A stretch of 64,000 nt of DNA, taken from NCBI GenBank assembly GCA_030390025.1, contig CM059433.1, positions 10,790,001 to 10,854,000 on the forward strand, written 5' to 3'. The translations under genes and the position numbers were made by a program. This document shows, piece by piece, positions 56,715 through 64,000 of this stretch (position 1 is the stretch's first letter; each line of letters begins with the position of its first letter). This stretch comes from Squalus acanthias. Lineage: Eukaryota. The notes under the pieces are model-generated. The model was not told the DNA's origin, made no database searches, and saw only the letters and a list, made by a program, of their open reading frames with translations.

Positions 56715-57270
56715 GTTACGCTAAACCTGTATTGAACCTTGGTTAGAGTTTTGTGCACAGTTCTGGTCTCCATATTATAAACTGGAGAAAGTGCAAAAAA
56801 GATTCACAAGGATGATGCCAGAACTGAGTGGATATACCTATCAGGAAAGGCAGAACAGGCTGGGGCTCTTTTCTCTAGAAAGGAGAAGACTGAGGGATGA
56901 CCTAATAGAGGTCTTTAAGATTATGAAAGGGTTTGATAGGGTAGATGTAGAGAAGATGATTTCACTTGTGGTTGAAACCAAAACTAGGGGCCATAAATAG
57001 AAGATAGTCACTAATAAATCCAATAGGGAATTCAGGGGAAACTTCTTTACCCAAAGAGTGGTGAGAATGTGGAACTCGCCACCACAAGGAGTGGTTGACG
57101 TGAATAGCATCGATGCATTTATAGGGAAGCTAGATAAACACATCCGGGAGAAAGAAATTATGCTGATAGAGTTAGACGAAGAGGGTGGGAGGAGGCTCGT
57201 GTGGAGCAAAAACACTGGCACAGACCAGTTGGGCCGAATGGCCTGTTTCTATGCTGTACATTCGATGTAA
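56715..57270 (+). mobile_element. CR1 LINE 3' fragment
   Basis: QKRFTRMMPEL...LERRRLRDDLIEVFKIMKG...TRGHK. Confidence 0.85.
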
Positions 57271-57574
57271 TTATATGTAAAACCGAATTTCTAGTGATAG
57301 ACGCTCAATTTAGTGAAGGAACCAAGGTAGCTGCCAAAGACATTTTCAAAAAATATTTGGAGCAATTTGATTTGTCCTTTCTTTTTTGATAGATTTTGAT
57401 AACTACTGATGCTTCAGTTGTTGTTTTCATTTGTTCTTAATAGTTCCACATTGAAAGTTTATCTGTCTGCTTGCCTGACTTTTGAATCTTACGTCCCTCA
57501 ACTTCTTCAATTGTGCTTTGTTGTTACTTTATGAATATGAAATTTGAGCCAATCAGGCACAAGTGTGACACCTA

Positions 57575-58431
57575 GGGCTGGATTTTACTCACTGAGATGA
57601 GTTGGGGGCGGGACTGCTGCCTTCCGGGTTCTAGTCCCGCCCCCAGCGACGTCCGACGCACAGACGCTATATTACCCTGATTGGTCTTGTTAAGCCCGCC
57701 CTGCGGGCTTGCTGGCCTATTAAGGGAAAGCCGGTGTCAGATGACATCAGTTGATGACGCTTCATCTGCCAGTTTTCTTCAAGGCACATGTAGCATTTAT
57801 TTTTGACAGATGATTTGACAGTGTTTGACAGCATTGAGGTGCTGTCAATCACTGTACAAAGGTGAGCCCTTGCACCCAGGCTCTCCAGTGACTCTCTCCT
57901 TAGGATGAAACAGATGGCAGCTGCAGGTGAGGGTACAGCAGCGATCTGTCACTTCTCCCAATGAGGTGAGGCCACACAAACACTTCAAAGCTTGTCACCT
58001 ACAGAAAAATTTAAACACATTGAAAATTACATTCCCAACATTTCCTTACCTCTGATACTCACCAGTGTCCCATTGCATCCTTAACACCACTTCTGCAGCT
58101 GTCATCTGTACACCAACAGTACAACAGACCCACAGCACGTCTCACTTACCCTGGCGGGGTTCCCCGATGTCGGGAAGCCCGCAGTAGAAGTTGCAAAATG
58201 GGAAAAAGCCTCTTAACTGCCAGTTAACTACCTGTTAACAGGCAGTTAAGTGGCTGTAATCCTCTTCCCACCGCTAGGAGTCGTGTCCCTGTGCAAATCG
58301 GGGACCCGACTCCTGGGAAGATTGTTTGGAGTTGAGTTGGGAGCGGGTTCGGGACCTGTTCCCATTCTTTTTGATTTTCCCAGCAGTCCCGCCTCCAAAC
58401 CCGCCTCCTCAGGGCTGGTAAAATCCAGCCC
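57575..58431 (-). mobile_element. Non-autonomous Harbinger-type element, family B
   Basis: Perfect 14-bp TIR GGGCTGGATTTTAC. TSD CTA at 57572-57574 and 58432-58434. Confidence 0.95.
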
Positions 58432-58599
58432 CTAATGTGTGATCCCTGAAGGACAAAGCATGCACAAGATATTCCTATGGCATCACTCATGGTAAGCTGG
58501 AGCAAATGCTCTTTTTCTGTCTTGTCTTGTCTTTGTTTTGCTGTTTCAATCTGTATTTATTTCCTGTTCTCATTGTCTGTCTCCCTTTATTATTATACT

Positions 58600-58945
58600 A
58601 GTTAAGGGCTCATGGGGTTGGGGTAATATATTAGCATGGATAGAGGATTGGTTAAAGGACAGAAAACAGAGGGTAGGAATAAACGGGTCATTTTCAGGTT
58701 GGCAGGATGTTACTAGAGCGATGTCGCAAGGATCAGTGCTTGGGCCTCAGCTATTTATAATCTATATTAATGACTTAGATGAAGGGACCGAGTGTAATGT
58801 ATCCAAGTTTGCTGATGATACAAAGCTAGGTGGGAAAGTAAGCTGTGAGGAGAGTCTGCAAAGGGGTATAGACAGGTTAAGTGAGTGGGCAAGAAGGTGG
58901 CAGATGGAGTATAATGTGGGGACTTGTGAGGTTATACACTTTGCT
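58600..58945 (+). mobile_element. CR1 RT core fragment
   Basis: WIEDWLKDRKQRVGING...QGSVLGPQLFIIYINDL...KFADDTKL. Confidence 0.9.
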
Positions 58946-59012
58946 AGGATTCTCTCGCTCTTTCCCTCTGTGTAAGTCAGACTGCTTGGCACTCCGTGCA
59001 CCCCATTGGCAT

Positions 59013-59430
59013 CGCTTGATTGGCACCCCATCCACCACCTTAAACATTCACACCCTCCACCACCGGCGCACCGTGGCTGCAGTGTGTACCATCTACAAGA
59101 TGCACTGCAGCAACTCGCCAAGGCTTCTTCGACAGCACCTCCCAAACTACCTAGAAGGACAAGGGCAGCAGGCACATGGGAACACCACCACCTCCAAGTT
59201 CCCCTCCAAATCACACACCATTCTGACTTGGAAATATATCGCCGTTCCTTCATCATCGCTGGATCAAAATCCTGGAAGTCCCTCCCTAACAGCACTGTGG
59301 GAGTACCATCACCTCACGGACAGCAGCGGTTCAGGAAGGCGGCTCACCACCACCTTCTCCAAGACAGTTAGGGATGGGTACTAAATGTTGGCCTTGCCAG
59401 CGATGCCCACATCATGTGAATGAATAAAAA
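59013..59430 (+). mobile_element. CR1-group LINE 3' fragment (second family)
   Basis: Homologous to 34455-34880. Confidence 0.85.
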
Positions 59431-61654
59431 CAAATCCACCCCGATTCAGTCTCATTGTAGATACCAGGGCTTCCTTGGAGCTACCATTCTGGGAAGATTA
59501 TGAACTTAAGCTCTAAGCTTCTCAGAGAGGCAAAAAAACTCTGATGGAAAATGTTAGAGATATTTTAAATACAGGAGATTCAATTCTTCAGGTTAATGTT
59601 CTCATTTTCTTGTTTTATTTTTGTATATCTCTCACACAGCCACCTTTTTCTCACTTCTCTCTGTATGTATGTCTTTCTCTTTCTTTTAGTATGTCACTAT
59701 GTCTGGTACTCTGTAAGTCTCTTGCACATTTTCTCTCTTTCAGTTACTCACTCGCTCGCAGATTCACTCTCTCTCCCTTTCACTGACTCAGTCACTGCCT
59801 ACCTGTCTCTCTTTGACTCTTTCTTATTTTTTTATACTCTCTGTCTGTCAAAACAACTCATTGAAAACAGTTTTCTTGTCTAAATGTACCTCAAAAAAAT
59901 GTTCCAACGTTCATGCTTTACCTTGTTTAGAAGTCTTCAGGAAAACCTGGCTCATAATTGCTATTATAGCCTATCTGTCCTCACAGCTCAAGCACCATAC
60001 AGACGCCTGCAGAGTCAACCTGGGAGATTTCACTGACCCAGACAATGGCTGGAAAAATGTAGGCACAGTGGCTTCCTGGGCAGTACAATTCTGGGAAGAC
60101 TAGGAACTTAAGCCCTAGGCTTCTCAGACAGGCAAAGGCCTCTCGTGGAAAATCTTAAATACAGAAAATTACATTTTACAGGTAAATGCAATCATTTTCT
60201 TGTACTCTTTTGTGTCTTCACTATGTTATAACCCTTATTCCCAATCATAATTTTCTCATTAGTAGGAGTTCAAATCGACGGAAAGTGGATTGTCAAAAAA
60301 TATTGTTCAGAGGCGTGCTTGTTTCACCGTTTTTTTTATCGAAACCCGTTGCTGGATCTTAGTATCTTACAGCACAGAGGAGGCCATTCGGCCCATCGTG
60401 CCTGAGCTATCCAATTAGTCCCACTCTCTGCTCTTTCCCCATCTGCAAATTTTTCCTTTTCAAATATATATCTAATTCCATTTTTGAACGTTACTGTTGA
60501 ACCTGCTTCCACCACCCTTTTCAGGTAGCCCCTTCCAGGTCATAACAACTCAATGCCTATTGTTGTTAAATAGTTTTCTGAACTTCATGATTGGTGGGGT
60601 TCATTTCTACTTACCGATCGGTACGTTCCTTGTCTGGTCAGATGTGACTTCTTGCTGTTTTATGAATATAAGATTCGAGCCAATTAGAGTGACACGAAAA
60701 TGAGTACGGAAATAGGTGTGATCTCCAAGCTGGGATGCCTGAGGTGTGGCAGACACAGGCGCACATGTTTCGTACCATTTTTATACGTATAAATACATGG
60801 GGTAGACAAATTACTATCTGTCATAATACTTTGCTTTACTTCTTTGCCAGGTTTAATTATAGCAGTGAGTCCACTCTTAACGTTACCCTGTGAATAACTC
60901 ATTGCAATAAGGGAGTGGAAAGGAATGGATCTGATCAGGTTCTGCACTGAGCGGCAAACTAATATAGTCTGTTCCTGTACGAAATCCGGCACGAATTGTT
61001 CACCGTTTTGTAGACTGCGCCTTTATAGAGTATTTGTGATTATCACATGAGTGGGCGTGGATAATTGCTAAGTCATCAATTAACAGTAGAGAACAATGGT
61101 CCCATTAAATAAGCACATAGCACAAAGTACCTTTATATGTACAGAAATAGAATCAAAGCAGTACAAATCCTGGTTAACAGAGGATTGAAGATTTACATTA
61201 GTTTTGCTCATCACCCTGGCATAACTGATTTGCAGCTCAGATAATAATAAAGATTAAGTGTGCTCTGTTCCATTTGGCATGTGTACCTTCTAACAGATGG
61301 CACATTCATTGAACCTTATTAACTGAGATTGAATTCCAGGAGCTTGCTGACAGATGACTGAGACTTCAATCAAATGACACTCATGTACACTTCTAACAAA
61401 CAAATATTTCTTTATAATTGTACATTTTTCTCTCTTGCAGGCTTCCTTGGGAGCGCAGAATAATTTACTGAAGTACCAAGTATTAAAATGAAGGGTGGCA
61501 TAAGATAATTAGATAATTATGAATGAGCATCACAAAATGAGATTAAAATGTTATTCAAGTCTCATTTATCAGGCGACTGACATACTCAGGCAAACATCAC
61601 TTCTACCCATATGTGTAAAAGGCTTTTCGCTCCTCCTCCAGTCTTCTCCCCTGA

Positions 61655-61985
61655 TAAAGGGATTTGATAGGTTAAATAGAGAGAAACAAATTCTCTTGGT
61701 GGGTGAATCCAGAACAAGGAGGCACAATCTTAAAATTAGAGCCAAGCCATTCAGAAATGAAATCAGAAAGCAGTTAAACACAAAGGGTAGTGGAAATCTG
61801 CAACTCTCTCCCCCAGAAGGCTGTACATGCTGGGCTGAGATTGACGGATTTTTGTTGGGCAAGGGGATCAAGGGATGTGGAGCAAAGGTGTGTAAATGGA
61901 GTTGAGGTGCACATCAGCCGTGATCTGATTGAATGGTGGAGCGGGCACGAGGGGCTGATTGGGTCTATTCCTATATTCCTATTCC
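61655..61985 (+). mobile_element. Old CR1 3' fragment
   Basis: IKGFDRLNREK...GESRTRRHNLKIR and a CR1-type 3' UTR. Confidence 0.7.
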
Positions 61986-62572
61986 TGTGTCCCCATGATC
62001 CGCTGAAGGTTCTAATACGTGATGAGGTATAACTGCACAGGCCCAGTGTTTATCAACTCACCCAAAAAGCCATTCCTTGTGTGCTGAGCCTGTACAGTGA
62101 GTGTCAGCAGTCTCTTTGATTGCAGGGAGCATCACAGCAGCCCAATCTTGTCCCCACCTGACAGTCACGTGTGCACGGGTTCCAGCAGGGGACAGCGATA
62201 AGGAGCAAGAATGCTGCTTGATTTCCCCCCCCCCCTTCCTACCCCAGGGATCCTGAGGCGAATGCTTTCGTGCTAGAACTCAATTTCTCCCCCAATGTAT
62301 TTCAGAATGGGTTGAGAGAGCAATAAATACATTTATATTTCAAATCAATTCATTTTCTAAAAGGTACATAAAAGGTAAATAAATATAGCAATTCCAGAAG
62401 GTGTGAGGCAACAGACTGTTTTGCATAGTATTGGCTGAGATATTAATAAGTGAACAGGAGGCCCCTTTGGTAGAATGCGATTAATATGCTAGCACCAAAC
62501 AGTAACCTGGACATTACTTGTCCATTGGAGCTTGGGTCAGCTCTGAAACTAAGCATAACCTTACTTCTTTTG

Positions 62573-62675
62573 ATATAAAAACAGAAAATGCTGGAGATAC
62601 TCAGCAGGTCAGACAGCATCTGTGGCGAGAGAAACAGAGTTAACGTTTCAGGTCGATGACCCTTCGTCAGAACTG
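62573..62675 (-). mobile_element. Solo 103-bp P1 terminal-repeat insertion
   Basis: Homologous to the 10890 unit. 9-bp TSD CTTCTTTTG at 62564-62572 and 62676-62684. Confidence 0.85.
62638..62674 (-). ncRNA. Minimal hammerhead ribozyme motif (P1)
   Basis: Minus strand reads AGTT-CTGACGA-A-GGGTC-ATC-GACCT-GAAA-CGTT-AACT. Confidence 0.8.
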
Positions 62676-63299
62676 CTTCTTTTGCCCTGAGTTACAATTG
62701 CCAAATTGGTGCCCGGGACCAACCGGGTCCAGCTCAGGGCGCAGTTTCATTCCAGATCCAGTACAACTGGGCAGTTTCAGTAAGTCGCACTCAGAACTGT
62801 CACGTAAGCCACTTTTATAATAGATAGCTGGGGTTCTGGGAGAGCAGCGCTCAAATGACTTGTGACCTTTTTTGTGTCACTCTTCCCTGTTTATTGGTGC
62901 CACTACTCCTGGAAACAATAGTTTTATTGTTAAGACATAACTGCCGACCAACAGCAACATCAAGGGCAATGGAACATCAAGGTGGATAGATGCTGCGGAC
63001 AGATCACTGGGGCAAGAAGATGATCAACACTATCAAGAGCTTTCTATAAAATAATCTGTACAGAGCCAATACTTGGTCATTGGGAGAGCTTCATTCTTTA
63101 ATAACTCCAGCACAGTTTGAATTGGCCATGTAAAAAAGAGCGAAAGACTTGCATGACCTCAGTACGGTCCAAAGCGCTTTACAGCCAATGAAGTACTTTT
63201 GAAATGTAGGCCCTGCTGTAATGTAAGAAGGGAGGATGAATTACATAATGGCCAGAGGTTTATCAGCACACTCCAAAAAAATGTCCTGCGCGGGCAAAA

Positions 63300-64000
63300 G
63301 CCAATCGGGAGGGGGGACACGGTAAGGGGAGAGGATCCAGGGAGCGGGTAGGCGATCGGAGGAGGAGGTAGATGATCAAGGGAGGCGGAAATGATTGGGG
63401 GAGCAGTGGGAGAGGTGATCAGGAGAGGGGGAGGCGATCGGGGGAGGGAGAGGTGATCAGGGGAAGGAGGAAGCGATTGGGGGAGGGGGAGGAGATTTGG
63501 GGGAGGGTGAAGTGATCGGGTAGGGGGGAAATGATCGGGGAGGTAATCTTGGAGGGGAGAGGTGATTAGGGAGAGGGGAGCGATCAGGGAGGGGGAGGTG
63601 ATCGAGGGTGGGTAAGGTGATCGGGGTGGGGGGAGCGATCAGGGGAGGGGGAGGCGGTAGGGGGAGGGGAAGGAATCAGGTTAGTGGGAGGTGATCGGGG
63701 GAGGGAAGAGGCGTTTGGGGAAGGGTGGGATGATTGGGGTGGGGGGAAGTGATCGGGGGAGGGAAGAGGCGTTTGGGGCAGGGTGGGATGATTGGGGTGG
63801 GGGGAGGCGATAGGGGAGGGAGTGGAGGAGGTGATCAGGGAGGGAGAGGAGGAGGTGATCAGGGAGGGAGAGGAGGAGGTGATCGGGGAGGGAGAGGAGA
63901 AGGCAATTGGGGAGGGAGAGGAGGAGGCGATCGGGGAGGGGGTGGAGGAGGTGATCAGGGAGGGAGAGGAGGAGGTGATCAGGGAGGGAGAGGAGAAGGC
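63300..64000 (+). repeat. Purine/G-rich minisatellite (about 18-25-bp units, e.g. GATCGGGGAGGGAGAGGAGGAGGT), running off the window
   Basis: Recurrent GATC(A/G)GGG anchors separated by G/A runs. Confidence 0.9.

Overview
Repeat-rich, apparently non-genic (intergenic or deep intronic) vertebrate DNA, most likely from a cartilaginous fish (shark). The basis is HE1-type V-SINEs, SacSINE1-like Deu-SINEs and CR1/L2/RTE LINE 3' ends, all recognised by eye. No host protein-coding exon could be supported. Main content: (1) An apparently intact, autonomous 4.15-kb PIF/Harbinger DNA transposon (3087-7235, CTA target-site duplication). It carries an uninterrupted DDE transposase on + and a convergent three-exon Myb/SANT-like gene on -. 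(2) About ten non-autonomous Harbinger-type elements with 3-bp TSDs, in at least two families. (3) Two Penelope-like terminal-repeat families carrying minimal type-I hammerhead ribozyme motifs (CUGANGA...GAAA with a palindromic helix III). These include a tandem 295-nt double-hammerhead unit, a palindromic two-hammerhead insertion and a copy attached to a GIY-YIG endonuclease ORF. (4) A decayed, 3'-truncated Gypsy LTR retrotransposon interrupted by a Harbinger-type element. (5) Many nested SINE/LINE fragments and a terminal G-rich minisatellite. Family names come from motif recognition, not database searches, and LINE/SINE boundaries are approximate.
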